Source: an uncultured Spongiibacteraceae bacterium
GTDB lineage: Bacteria; Pseudomonadota; Gammaproteobacteria; Pseudomonadales; DT-91
Length of the DNA stretch: 47,193 nt
Direction: 5' to 3'
Assembly (NCBI GenBank): GCA_965368985.1
Contig: CBDUPD010000001.1
Location: forward strand, 1-47,193
Shown in pieces: positions 7,773 through 16,394 of the stretch. Positions within the stretch are counted from its first letter, which is position 1. Every line of letters starts with the position of its first letter. The notes beneath the pieces were generated by a model. The model was given only the letters and a program-made list of their open reading frames with translations, did no database searches and had not been told where the DNA came from. Made by a program: the position numbers and the translations under genes.

Positions 7773-7973
7773 ATGTTGGTATTACAACGATATCCAGGGC
7801 AATCAATTTGGGTTGGCGACAATATTCAAATCACCATTTTAGGCAATTCCAATGGTGTTACACGGGTTGGGATTGAAGCCCCCAGGGAAGTCAGAATTAC
7901 CCGCGACGAGATTAAAGACACGGAGCCACGCCATGAGCAGCGTTCAGTTATTACCCAGACTCATTCGGCTTAG
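7773..7973 (+). CDS. csrA: CsrA/RsmA-family RNA-binding translational regulator
   Basis: 66 aa. MLVLQRYPGQSIWVGDNIQITILG...VTRVGIEAPREVRITRDEI is collinear with the canonical CsrA [24 protein letters not shown]...VRIGVNAPKEVSVHREEI. A strong RBS GGAGGAG is present. Confidence 0.85.
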   Translation: MLVLQRYPGQSIWVGDNIQITILGNSNGVTRVGIEAPREVRITRDEIKDTEPRHEQRSVITQTHSA

Positions 7974-8289
7974 GGATGCTCCAGCCTATTTGGGCATGGA
8001 TCGGCATCGCTTTAATGGCGAGGTACGGCCCAATTTGACCGAAATTCCGGTCGGATTGCAGGGAATTGCCTTCGATAGACTTGATTTAGACGCCTGGGTA
8101 GACGATTATAAGCATCGTAGTGGTCGTCCCGCGGCATCCAACCGTAGGAGTTTGGAAATATGGGACGAAAACGAACGCCGGGGCTCTACAAGCGTGGGGA
8201 TTCCTGGCACATTGACAAGAAAGTCTTCGGACGCCGACTTTGCGAAAGCACTGGCGCTAACGAACTCGAAGAAGCCGAGAAGTACTTAG
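7933..8289 (+). CDS. xis: Excisionase/AlpA-like small HTH protein
   Basis: Start taken at MSSVQLLPRLIRLRDAPAYLGMDRHRF... (GGAG 7 nt upstream). AlpA/Xis-like pattern ending in ...DLDAWVDDY. Lies immediately upstream of, and overlapping, int. Confidence 0.6.
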   Translation: MSSVQLLPRLIRLRDAPAYLGMDRHRFNGEVRPNLTEIPVGLQGIAFDRLDLDAWVDDYKHRSGRPAASNRRSLEIWDENERRGSTSVGIPGTLTRKSSDADFAKALALTNSKKPRST

Positions 8290-9287
8290 CGAGGCGTCTT
8301 GAAGAAGTGAGACAGGCTGCCGTCTATGGCGTGCGGCCTAAGCGGACTTTCAAGGAAGCGGCCACTAAATTTCTGATGGAAAATCAGCATAAGCGTAGCC
8401 TACGCTCAGACGCAGGTAGGCTCAAAGTGCTGGTGGAATATATCGGGAATATGTCGCTAGAGTCCATCCATATGGGATCACTGCAACCCTTTGTTGAGGG
8501 TAGGCGGCAAGATAAGGTTAAGACGCGGACGATTAATCACGGATTACAAGTCGTGCGTCGGATTTTGAATCTTGCAGCCAGTGAGTGGATGGATGAATAC
8601 GGATTAACTTGGTTGGCAAACGCGCCCAAGATCAAGCTCTTACCAGAGCATGATTTGCGCAAGCCCTATCCGCTGAATTGGGATGAGCAACACAAGCTCT
8701 TTAATGAGTTGCCGACACATTTGGAAAAAATGGCATTGTTTGCCGTGAATACTGGGTGTCGGGACCAAGAGGTTTGTCAGTTACGCTGGGATTGGGAAAT
8801 TAAAATCCCAGAGTTAACATGCCTCATGGTGTTTATTATTCCAAGTGAGTTAGTTAAAAATGGAGAAGAGCGCTTAGTTGTTTGTAATGGTACAGCGCGT
8901 TCTGTTATCGATGGTGAACGTGGTAAACATCCCACACATGTGTTCAGTTTTCGAGGCAGACCGTTAGCCCGGATGTTATCAACGGGTTGGCGGCAGGCTA
9001 GAGCTAAAGCTGGTTTAGATCATGTCCGAGTACATGATTTGAAGCATACATTTGGCCGAAGGCTACGTGCAGTGGGTGTGAGTTTTGAGGATCGGCAAGA
9101 TCTTTTGGGTCACCGATCAGGACGGATCACCACGCATTACTCATCGGCTGAGTTGCAGAATCTCTATGAGGCGGCCAATAAAGTTTGTGAAAAGCAACAA
9201 AGTGGGGTGGTACTTACCTTGTTGCGTAATCCAAACTGCAGGCCAGTAACTGACATTAAGCAAGGTGCGCAACTGGTTGCGCTTTAG
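8160..9287 (+). CDS. int: Tyrosine integrase
   Basis: 375 aa. N-terminal arm-binding-type GLYKRGDSWHIDK. Catalytic signature R (CRDQEVCQLRW), HDLKHTFGRRL (H-x-x-R) and LLGHRSGRITTHYS (H, Y). RBS AGGAG. Confidence 0.95.
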   Translation: MGRKRTPGLYKRGDSWHIDKKVFGRRLCESTGANELEEAEKYLARRLEEVRQAAVYGVRPKRTFKEAATKFLMENQHKRSLRSDAGRLKVLVEYIGNMSLESIHMGSLQPFVEGRRQDKVKTRTINHGLQVVRRILNLAASEWMDEYGLTWLANAPKIKLLPEHDLRKPYPLNWDEQHKLFNELPTHLEKMALFAVNTGCRDQEVCQLRWDWEIKIPELTCLMVFIIPSELVKNGEERLVVCNGTARSVIDGERGKHPTHVFSFRGRPLARMLSTGWRQARAKAGLDHVRVHDLKHTFGRRLRAVGVSFEDRQDLLGHRSGRITTHYSSAELQNLYEAANKVCEKQQSGVVLTLLRNPNCRPVTDIKQGAQLVAL

Positions 9288-9358
9288 CCTTGCGGGAGCT
9301 AGGTCCCGCAAAAGTCCCGCAAGGGGTTTTACGGGATTCGGGATATCAAGTGTAAGTC

Positions 9359-9448
9359 CTTGATTTAATTGGTGGGCCCACCAGGATTCGAACCTGGGAC
9401 CAAAGGATTATGAGCCCGCAACGTGAATCATAACCACTTGATTTAATT
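9359..9448. repeat. 12-bp direct repeat CTTGATTTAATT (9359-9370 and 9437-9448) bracketing the tRNA-like core
   Basis: Exact repeat read directly from the sequence. Each copy overlaps an IHF-consensus-like match on the minus strand. Confidence 0.6.
9370..9414 (-). other. 3' half of a tRNA with CAU anticodon (Met or Ile2 type); core of the attachment site, not a complete gene
   Basis: The minus strand reads CTCATAA-TCCTT-TGGTC-CCAGG-TTCGAAT-CCTGG-TGGGCCC-A-CCA, i.e. anticodon loop, stem 3' arm, variable loop, T-arm, acceptor 3' arm and CCA. Upstream sequence cannot form the acceptor 5' arm, D-arm or anticodon 5' arm. Confidence 0.75.
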
Positions 9449-9902
9449 AAACTTTATGCCGCGGGAAACCACTACAATTGGCGTATAATGTCTAACGATG
9501 TCGTACCCAAATACGCAAATCTCCCGCAAGCACCAGTGAGCATTCTAAGCTACTTTTGGGGTGAAGAACAACTACAACTATTAGCTAAGCGAAGAGCCAT
9601 TATTATATAGTCAGTCCTAACGAATATCATCTATATAACTAGTGATGATGTTGTCTATTGCCCTGCCAGATTGGCTTAAGTACCTGTCAAATTTATTCAT
9701 ATTCTTTACCCATTTAGCCGCGTCTGTCGGACGTGATAGTCCCTAGTCCTTTTGTTTAATGAGACTAATTATTCATCTATGGAGCCTATTATAAATCCAT
9801 AAAAATTCTTGACTTACATGCTGACTTTTGCCAGTGGAAATTCGTTATTCGTAGGGATACAATGATATTTGGACTTTAGGATGAACTTATGGGAGCTTTA
9901 AA

Positions 9903-10742
9903 ATGAAAAAGCGTGAGGAATTGGAGGGGTTGCGGCACAGGCGTGTTACTTCTGTTGGGGCTAATATTGAAGATGAAGAAATTTTAACCGATGAAGAATC
10001 TTCCGAAGAGGAAGACGCTCACGGTCCATGCGAACGAATTAGCAGATGGATGCAGGATAGTTGCTATCAAATGATGGCGTATACATTTTGGGATAGTACG
10101 GTTAGTGGTTTTAAGCCAGGACGTGTTAGAGCCTTTGCTTTATTGGATATACAGGATGATGACAGATTGTTGTTGGTGGGAGAAGGAAGTGGCTTAGATT
10201 TCGAATGCCTACCAAGAAATGTTGACAAGAAAGCATTAAGAGCATTTGATTTTTCTTCTGAGATGGTACGTCAAAGTAAGGTAAAGGCTAGAAAATATGG
10301 TATTCCTGAAGAAAATTGTTTTGAGGGTGATGCTCAGAAGTTGCCTTTTACTAATGAAAAATTCGATAAAATTTATTTCCCGCTTTCTCTAGCTTCTATA
10401 CCGAATCCAAAGTTGGCGCTTAGGGAAGCAGAAAGAGTGTTGGCACCCGGTGGTAAAATAGTTGTTTTTGAAAAACTAATGGATGAAGGTGCTAATGTTA
10501 CTTGGGGGCGACAGTGTTTGAATGTTGTAACAAGCAGTATCTTTGCTGATATTAATAGAAACTTACCTGGTATGTTTGGCAAACATTCTCCTCTAAAAAT
10601 CACCCATTATGAGTCTTTGGAAAATAAGCTAGATGGGTATTTTGCTGGTTATGTGGGGGGGCATTATCGCTTGGCGGTGGTTGTAAGAGCCGCAGATTAT
10701 GCCGAACAGCCCGCAGTAAAGGCTGTGATTATGCATAACTAA
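9903..10742 (+). CDS. Class I SAM-dependent methyltransferase (UbiE/PmtA-like) with an acidic N-terminal extension
   Basis: 279 aa. Motif I LLLVGEGSGLD, then GDAQKLPFTNEKFDKIY and VLAPGGKIVVFE. The N-terminal ~45 aa are rich in E/D/S (TDEESSEEEDA). Confidence 0.8.
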   Translation: MKKREELEGLRHRRVTSVGANIEDEEILTDEESSEEEDAHGPCERISRWMQDSCYQMMAYTFWDSTVSGFKPGRVRAFALLDIQDDDRLLLVGEGSGLDFECLPRNVDKKALRAFDFSSEMVRQSKVKARKYGIPEENCFEGDAQKLPFTNEKFDKIYFPLSLASIPNPKLALREAERVLAPGGKIVVFEKLMDEGANVTWGRQCLNVVTSSIFADINRNLPGMFGKHSPLKITHYESLENKLDGYFAGYVGGHYRLAVVVRAADYAEQPAVKAVIMHN

Positions 10743-10746
10743 ATAT

Positions 10747-11970
10747 TTATTCTACAGGAACACCAAAAAAGATTACTAATAGCATTAATATTAATAATGA
10801 ACTGAATAAACTTATTTTGGTAAGTTTATTGATGGCCTCTTCAGTTTTACTTGATAAAATTATGGCAATTAAACATTGGATGGCATAATAAATCGCAAAT
10901 GCTTTAGACGCTAATGTAATTATTTGATATATATTGGTTGCCCAAGTTAAAATGATTGCAACAAGACAAACGCCTACAATTCCCTTTTTAATTGTTACCC
11001 TATTATTTGTTGCTTCTGAAACTAAACCTGCACTCCCTAGGGTATCAGCTATTGCAGCACTAAACTGACTCATCATTGCGGCTATGATAAGGAAGAAAGG
11101 AAGTATGGGGGCAACCATACGACACAGTTCAATTGCGGCTACTTCAGTCACGCTATGAATATTATTAAACAACACCATCGCAGAACTCACAAATAAAATA
11201 TAAATCGTGCCTGAAATGATTTGAGCATAACGCATGGTTTTAATACGCATATCAGCTGAATATACTTGACCAAGGTAACGAGATGTCTCAAATCCTTGAA
11301 CGATAATTAATATGCCTAAGAGTCTTTGAAAAGATTCCTGAATAGAATAATGAGCATGTGTTGCCAAGTGCCATTGATCATTCAACCAAAGATCAGTGTT
11401 AAAAACGAAGTGGCCAAGGATCATTGAAAATATAATGATTAATTTTACATTCACAGAATATTCTTCAAAGACTTCAAGCATATTTAAGCCACGCAGCCAA
11501 CCCACAATGCCTATAAAACCTAAGATAGAAGTAGTAATGATATTTTCTAGCAAAGGATCACTAAAGCCAAGCCCACGGAGTAAAAATGCACTCAGTAACT
11601 TTAAATAAAATGCAACAGAAATAATATAGGCGCCACCAAGTACAGGTCGTGATATGGTCTCTAATTTCGTAACAACAAAAGCACCACTCTGTTTTTCCAG
11701 CAAGGGCTCTAAATGTAGGATGTTAAATCGTATAGCGCTGCCAAGAAAAAAAGCGATCACCGTAATTAAACTTATAACTGCAAATGCCCATTTTCCTGTG
11801 GTAAGGATAAGCAAAGGCGCGGATACTAAAAATCCACTGCCAATAATTGAGGCGAGCGGAGTAACAGTTGCCTGCCAAATTTGAGAAGAACGCATTTTTT
11901 TGGAAAAAAACACCAATGAAAGTGAGGCGATCGCTATAATTATAAGGCCGTTTTCATATCCAGCTGCCAC
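10747..11970 (-). CDS. Polytopic inner-membrane permease of unknown family, last gene of the copA operon
   Basis: 407 aa, about 11-12 hydrophobic segments. Only 11 nt downstream of the cupredoxin gene on the same strand. No NRAMP, CDF or ZIP signature that I recognise. Confidence 0.55.
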   Translation of the reverse strand: MAAGYENGLIIIAIASLSLVFFSKKMRSSQIWQATVTPLASIIGSGFLVSAPLLILTTGKWAFAVISLITVIAFFLGSAIRFNILHLEPLLEKQSGAFVVTKLETISRPVLGGAYIISVAFYLKLLSAFLLRGLGFSDPLLENIITTSILGFIGIVGWLRGLNMLEVFEEYSVNVKLIIIFSMILGHFVFNTDLWLNDQWHLATHAHYSIQESFQRLLGILIIVQGFETSRYLGQVYSADMRIKTMRYAQIISGTIYILFVSSAMVLFNNIHSVTEVAAIELCRMVAPILPFFLIIAAMMSQFSAAIADTLGSAGLVSEATNNRVTIKKGIVGVCLVAIILTWATNIYQIITLASKAFAIYYAIQCLIAIILSSKTEEAINKLTKISLFSSLLILMLLVIFFGVPVE

Positions 11971-11981
11971 ACCAATATCCT

Positions 11982-12344
11982 TTATTCAACGATTAATTTT
12001 CCGCGATACATGCCCATCTGACAGGTAAACTCAAATTCACCCTGTTCTTCATTACTCAAAGTTAGTGTTATTGCTTGGTCAATTGGTAACTCTTGACTGA
12101 TATTGAGTTTGTCAAAAATCACCCATTCAGCGCAAGGGCTGGGATCTTTGCGTAGAAATTTAAGATGAGCAGGTTTGTTGTGTTTAGCGCGAATTATATT
12201 TGGACTATAGGTACCACCATCGACAATGATGTCAATGATGCTACTTTCAGCGTATGAAATCGCTTTTGATTTAAAAAGCCAAAACCAGTATATGATTCCT
12301 GTAATAAATAGTATGCCAATAACATTCACCACGATAAAACTCAT
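11982..12344 (-). CDS. Membrane-anchored cupredoxin-like protein
   Basis: 120 aa. N-terminal TM segment, then a C-terminal ...PCAEWVIF...EFEFTCQMGMYRGKLIVE typical of the cupredoxin_1 domains encoded next to copA. Confidence 0.7.
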   Translation of the reverse strand: MSFIVVNVIGILFITGIIYWFWLFKSKAISYAESSIIDIIVDGGTYSPNIIRAKHNKPAHLKFLRKDPSPCAEWVIFDKLNISQELPIDQAITLTLSNEEQGEFEFTCQMGMYRGKLIVE

Positions 12345-12345
12345 A

Positions 12346-14592
12346 TTAGGACTCCTTTACTCGTAGCCAGCGTAATCGATTAGCATTGCTGACAACCGTT
12401 AACGACGACATTGCCATTGCTGCCCCAGCTATCATTGGATTAAGTAATAGCCCTATAAATGGATATAAAATACCAGCAGCTACGGGGATCCCTAACCCAT
12501 TATAAATAAATGCACCGAACAAATTTTGCTTAATATTATTTAATGTAGCTTTGGAGATCGCTATTGCATCGACAACCCCTTGTAACGATCCACGCATCAA
12601 AGTGATATCGGCACTTTCAATCGCGACATCCGTCCCTGTTCCAATGGCAAAGCCAACGTTAGCTTTCGCTAATGCAGGTGCGTCGTTGATTCCATCACCC
12701 ACCATGCCAACAACTTCTCCATTTCTCTGCAATTCTGCAATTTTTTCAGACTTATCTTGAGGTAACACTTCAGCAAAAAAATGATCAATCCCTGCTTGTT
12801 TTGCAATAGCTTGTGCTGTCAGTTGATTATCACCCGTGATCATAACGACCTTTAAGCCAAGCTGTTGCATAGAAGAAATTGCAGCTTGTGAATCCGTTTT
12901 GATTGGATCAGCTACAGAAACAATACCTGCAATTTGTCCATCAGTAGCAAGATACATTGGAGTTTGCCCTTTTGAAGCTAACTGATCAGCAATTTTAGGT
13001 AATTGGAGTAAGTCAATGTCATTATCTTCCATGAGCTTTCGATTACCAAATAACATAGATTTTCCAGATAATTGGGCGCGGATACCGTGGCCTGCTACGG
13101 CTTCGAATGTTTCATGTGACAGTAACGATAAATTTTTATCAGCCGCCGCTTTTACAATGGCTGCTGCTAGTGGATGTTCTGATCCTTTTTCAATGCTTGC
13201 CGCCCATTGAAGTAATGTTGTTTCATCCCATCCATTCACTGGATGCAATGCAGTAACACTCGGTTGTCCTTCTGTAATTGTGCCCGTTTTATCTAAGACA
13301 ACCGTTGTTAAATTTCCTGACTCTTGCAATGCATCCCCGTTACGGATTAATATCCCTGATTCTGCAGCCTTGCCTACACCAACCATGACAGATATAGGAG
13401 AAGCCAATCCTAAAGCACAAGGACACGCTATAATGAGCACTGTCATTGCCGAAACTAACATGTAAGCAATTTTTGGATCTGGGCCTAAATCAAACCATAC
13501 AAGTGCAGCGATCACAGCAATAATCAATACTGAGGGTACAAAAAAAGCAGAGATTAAGTCAGCTAAACGTGCTATCGGGGGCTTAGAATTTTGGGCTTGT
13601 TTTACTAAGCTAACAATTTGTGCCAGTGCGGTATCTTTGCCAATTCGAGTTGCCTTAAAAATAAAGCTACCCGTTTTATTAAGTGTGCCGCCAACGACCT
13701 CATCACCAACATTTTTTTCAACGGGCAGCGGCTCGCCAGTTAACATTGATTCGTCAACAGCAGAATGCCCTTCAGTGATAAGACCATCGATAGGAATTTT
13801 TTCACCAGGTCTGACACGTATAACATCTTCCACGGCAACTTGTTCAATAGGTATATCTAGTTCTTTTTCATCTCGAATGATTCTTGCAGTTTTAGGTTGC
13901 AAGCCAATAAGTCGTTTGATGGCTTCAGAGGTTTTTCCTCGAGCACGCATTTCTAATGCTGCGCCTAAATTCACTAAAGCAATAATAATTGCTGATGCTT
14001 CAAAGTAAGCATGTTGAGCAAGGCTGGGTACACTATTGGGAAATAACACGACAATCATGGAAAATAGCCAGGCCGCCCCCGTTCCCAAACCTATAAGTGT
14101 ATCCATTGTTGCTGTATGAGCCCAAAAAGATCGCCAAGCACCACGATAGAAATGACCACCTGAATAAAACATGACGGCTAATGTTGCTAGCCCAATGAAA
14201 ATCCAAGCAATCTGTCCTGTTGTCGTGGATAAATTAGGGAGGCTATTAGCAAGGCCAAATAAGAATAAAGGAATGCCCAGTATTCCTGCAACAAAAGTTT
14301 TTAATAGTAAACGGCGGTAATGTTGTAATTCCTGATTTTCTTCATTTGTATTGTTTAGTAGTGAAGCTTGATAGCCTATGTCGCTGATTGTGGCAATAAG
14401 TGCCTCATGCTGAGCCCTACCTTTCACAGTAGCTGTTTGATCGGCAAAATTAACAGTTGCGTCTATTACTCCCGCAACTTTTTTTAGCGCTTGCTCAATT
14501 GTGCGTACGCAGCTAGCACAGCTCATACCCATAATGCGTAGATGCACTACTTGTTCTTTATTGTGGTGAATATTTTGTTTGGCTTCTTTCAT
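12346..14592 (-). CDS. copA: Cu(I)-translocating P1B-type ATPase
   Basis: 748 aa. HMA domain GMSCASCV, transmembrane CPC motif ([11 protein letters not shown]), DKTGTIT phosphorylation site, and [10 protein letters not shown]. Confidence 0.95.
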   Translation of the reverse strand: MKEAKQNIHHNKEQVVHLRIMGMSCASCVRTIEQALKKVAGVIDATVNFADQTATVKGRAQHEALIATISDIGYQASLLNNTNEENQELQHYRRLLLKTFVAGILGIPLFLFGLANSLPNLSTTTGQIAWIFIGLATLAVMFYSGGHFYRGAWRSFWAHTATMDTLIGLGTGAAWLFSMIVVLFPNSVPSLAQHAYFEASAIIIALVNLGAALEMRARGKTSEAIKRLIGLQPKTARIIRDEKELDIPIEQVAVEDVIRVRPGEKIPIDGLITEGHSAVDESMLTGEPLPVEKNVGDEVVGGTLNKTGSFIFKATRIGKDTALAQIVSLVKQAQNSKPPIARLADLISAFFVPSVLIIAVIAALVWFDLGPDPKIAYMLVSAMTVLIIACPCALGLASPISVMVGVGKAAESGILIRNGDALQESGNLTTVVLDKTGTITEGQPSVTALHPVNGWDETTLLQWAASIEKGSEHPLAAAIVKAAADKNLSLLSHETFEAVAGHGIRAQLSGKSMLFGNRKLMEDNDIDLLQLPKIADQLASKGQTPMYLATDGQIAGIVSVADPIKTDSQAAISSMQQLGLKVVMITGDNQLTAQAIAKQAGIDHFFAEVLPQDKSEKIAELQRNGEVVGMVGDGINDAPALAKANVGFAIGTGTDVAIESADITLMRGSLQGVVDAIAISKATLNNIKQNLFGAFIYNGLGIPVAAGILYPFIGLLLNPMIAGAAMAMSSLTVVSNANRLRWLRVKES

Positions 14593-15014
14593 GACTGCTT
14601 ACCCTTTTTATTAGCTTCACTATACAAAGTTTCTAAGATAGGACATTGACTAAGCGGGACTTTGCCATCACATGAATTAGCCAAACACTCAAGTGCTTCA
14701 GCAATTTCTTCAAGGATTTTTATTTTTTTTCGCACAGCGCGTGACTTTTCAAGTACGCATTGTTTTATATTTTTGCTGGACGCTTTAGCGTTCTCTTGAA
14801 TATTAAGCAATTCAAGGATCTCTTTTAAGCTGAATCCAGCTTCTTTAGCGTTGGTTATAAAGCGTACACGTTTTAAAGTTTCTTTAGTATAAAGTCGATA
14901 GCCATGTTCACTACGAGCAGGCTTTGGCAGCAGCCCTGAACGTTCATAATGGCGTATAGCAACAGCGCTAACCCCAGCCTGCTTAGCTAATTGGCCTACT
15001 GTCAGCTTATTCAT
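14589..15014 (-). CDS. MerR-family metal-responsive regulator (CueR/HmrR-like)
   Basis: Start moved to [29 protein letters not shown] (ATG at 15014, GGAG upstream). C-terminal Cys pair ([10 protein letters not shown]). ATGA overlap with the copA start. Confidence 0.85.
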   Translation of the reverse strand: MNKLTVGQLAKQAGVSAVAIRHYERSGLLPKPARSEHGYRLYTKETLKRVRFITNAKEAGFSLKEILELLNIQENAKASSKNIKQCVLEKSRAVRKKIKILEEIAEALECLANSCDGKVPLSQCPILETLYSEANKKGKQS

Positions 15015-15044
15015 GGCATTCTCCACAAAATCGTCTACAATGTT

Positions 15045-15085
15045 ATTATATACCTTTACCTTAACATAAAGGTATATGCTATAAT
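15045..15085. promoter_or_regulatory. Divergent MerR-type operator/promoter
   Basis: Perfect 10-bp inverted repeat TATACCTTTA (15049-15058) / TAAAGGTATA (15067-15076). Plus-strand TTTACC - 19 nt - TATAAT (15080-15085) has the long spacer typical of MerR-activated promoters. Minus-strand TATAAT at 15045-15050. Confidence 0.6.
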
Positions 15086-15122
15086 ACCAATTATAGCTGG
15101 TTATTGCCAAAATGGTGAGAAT

Positions 15123-16394
15123 ATGATGATGAAAACACAATTAGCCAAATGTGGGCTACTAATAAGCGTTATTTTGTTACCTTACCAAGGTGCATCCGCC
15201 CATACCTTAACCTTGAAAAAGGTAGAGCAAGTTGCACTGAATACTGCTCCAGAGATATCGCAGTTGCGCAATAAAGAGGAAGCTTTGCGTGAAGCAGCAG
15301 TTGCTGCAGGTCAATTGCCTGATCCTAAATTGCAGGCAGGAATCATTAATGTTCCCACGGACACTTTCAACCTAACCCAAGAAAATATGACCCAAATTAA
15401 AGTTGGTATTGCACAAACTTTCCCTAAAGGTCATTCTTTGTCCATTAAGTCAGAGCAGAAACAGTTACTTGCTCAAGCAGAACAATTCAAGGGGTTAAAT
15501 ACAAAAGCTGAGATTTTGCGTACAGTGCGTAATGAGTGGCTCAATTTGTATTACTGGATCCAGGCTAAGAAAATTATTGAGGAAAATCGAGTCATTTTTC
15601 AGCATCTTGTTAAAGTCACTGAGTCAATGTTAGGCGCTGGAAAAAGTAATCAACATGATGTTTTACGCGCACAATTAGAATTATCTCAGATTGAAAACCG
15701 ACAAATTCAAATTACTGAGCAGATCGATACTGCACGTGCACGATTGGCACGCTGGGTTGGAAAAGCAATGGCGCGTGAAGCGAAGCCTAACCGCTTACCT
15801 CATTGGCCAAAGCCGCCGAGTCAACAGATATTAGAGCATCAAATTAATCAACATCCTCATTTGAGGACCGACGCTACTCTAGTTGCAGCAAGCCATCAAG
15901 GTGTTCAGCTAGCTAAGCAGCAGTACAAGCCTGCTTGGACAGTAGGGCTGAATTATAGCTTTCGCCAAGGTAACAACCCCATGATGGGGGGTAGGCGTGC
16001 CGATTTTATTGGTGCTCAAGTTAGTGTGGATTTACCCATCTTCACAGCCAAGCGACAAGACAAAGAGCTGGCAGCAAGTTTAGCTGAGCTTAATGCAACA
16101 CGGGATTCCGAACTTTCAGATTACCGCAAAATGGTCAGTGAACTCTCTCAATTTTGGGTTGTGTGGCAAAAACTAACCAAGCAAGCTGCGCTTTATCAAA
16201 AGCGGTTGAATCCTGAAGCGAAACAGTACGCTGAGGCAACATTAACGGCTTATCAAAATGATCAGTCAGATTTTCCAACAGTAGCACGAGCGCATGTTAC
16301 CGAATTAAATACACAGTTGGATGGATTAAAAATCGAAGTGGAGCGTGACAAAGCTAGAGTTGCCTTATTGTACTTAGAAGGGGATGACAAATGA
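15123..16394 (+). CDS. cusC: Outer-membrane efflux factor (TolC/CusC family)
   Basis: Start moved to MMMKTQLAKCGLLISVILLPYQGASA (signal peptide, RBS GGTGAGA). Two OEP-type repeats. 3' overlap with the adaptor gene. Confidence 0.8.
   Translation: MMMKTQLAKCGLLISVILLPYQGASAHTLTLKKVEQVALNTAPEISQLRNKEEALREAAVAAGQLPDPKLQAGIINVPTDTFNLTQENMTQIKVGIAQTFPKGHSLSIKSEQKQLLAQAEQFKGLNTKAEILRTVRNEWLNLYYWIQAKKIIEENRVIFQHLVKVTESMLGAGKSNQHDVLRAQLELSQIENRQIQITEQIDTARARLARWVGKAMAREAKPNRLPHWPKPPSQQILEHQINQHPHLRTDATLVAASHQGVQLAKQQYKPAWTVGLNYSFRQGNNPMMGGRRADFIGAQVSVDLPIFTAKRQDKELAASLAELNATRDSELSDYRKMVSELSQFWVVWQKLTKQAALYQKRLNPEAKQYAEATLTAYQNDQSDFPTVARAHVTELNTQLDGLKIEVERDKARVALLYLEGDDK

Larger units (their letters stand above)
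9288..9530. other. attP-like attachment region
   Basis: Motif TCCCGCAA(G) at 9304-9311, 9315-9323 and 9522-9530, with an inverted copy CTTGCGGGA at 9289-9297. These lie on both sides of a tRNA-derived core. Two same-orientation matches to WATCAANNNNTTR (minus strand, 9353-9365 and 9431-9443) flank the core. Confidence 0.6.

Noticed and set aside
7412-7876. 154-aa plus-strand ORF overlapping ssb and csrA
   Set aside because: It is an alternative frame of two strongly supported genes. It has no SD and a low-complexity basic composition.
9370-9446. Possible complete tRNA-Met/Ile gene on the minus strand next to int
   Set aside because: Only the 3' 45 nt fold as tRNA. The upstream 31 nt (taaatcaagtggttatgattcacgttgcggg) cannot pair with the acceptor 3' arm TGGGCCC, give no D-arm, and give only a poor anticodon stem. 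I treat it as the phage-borne att core.
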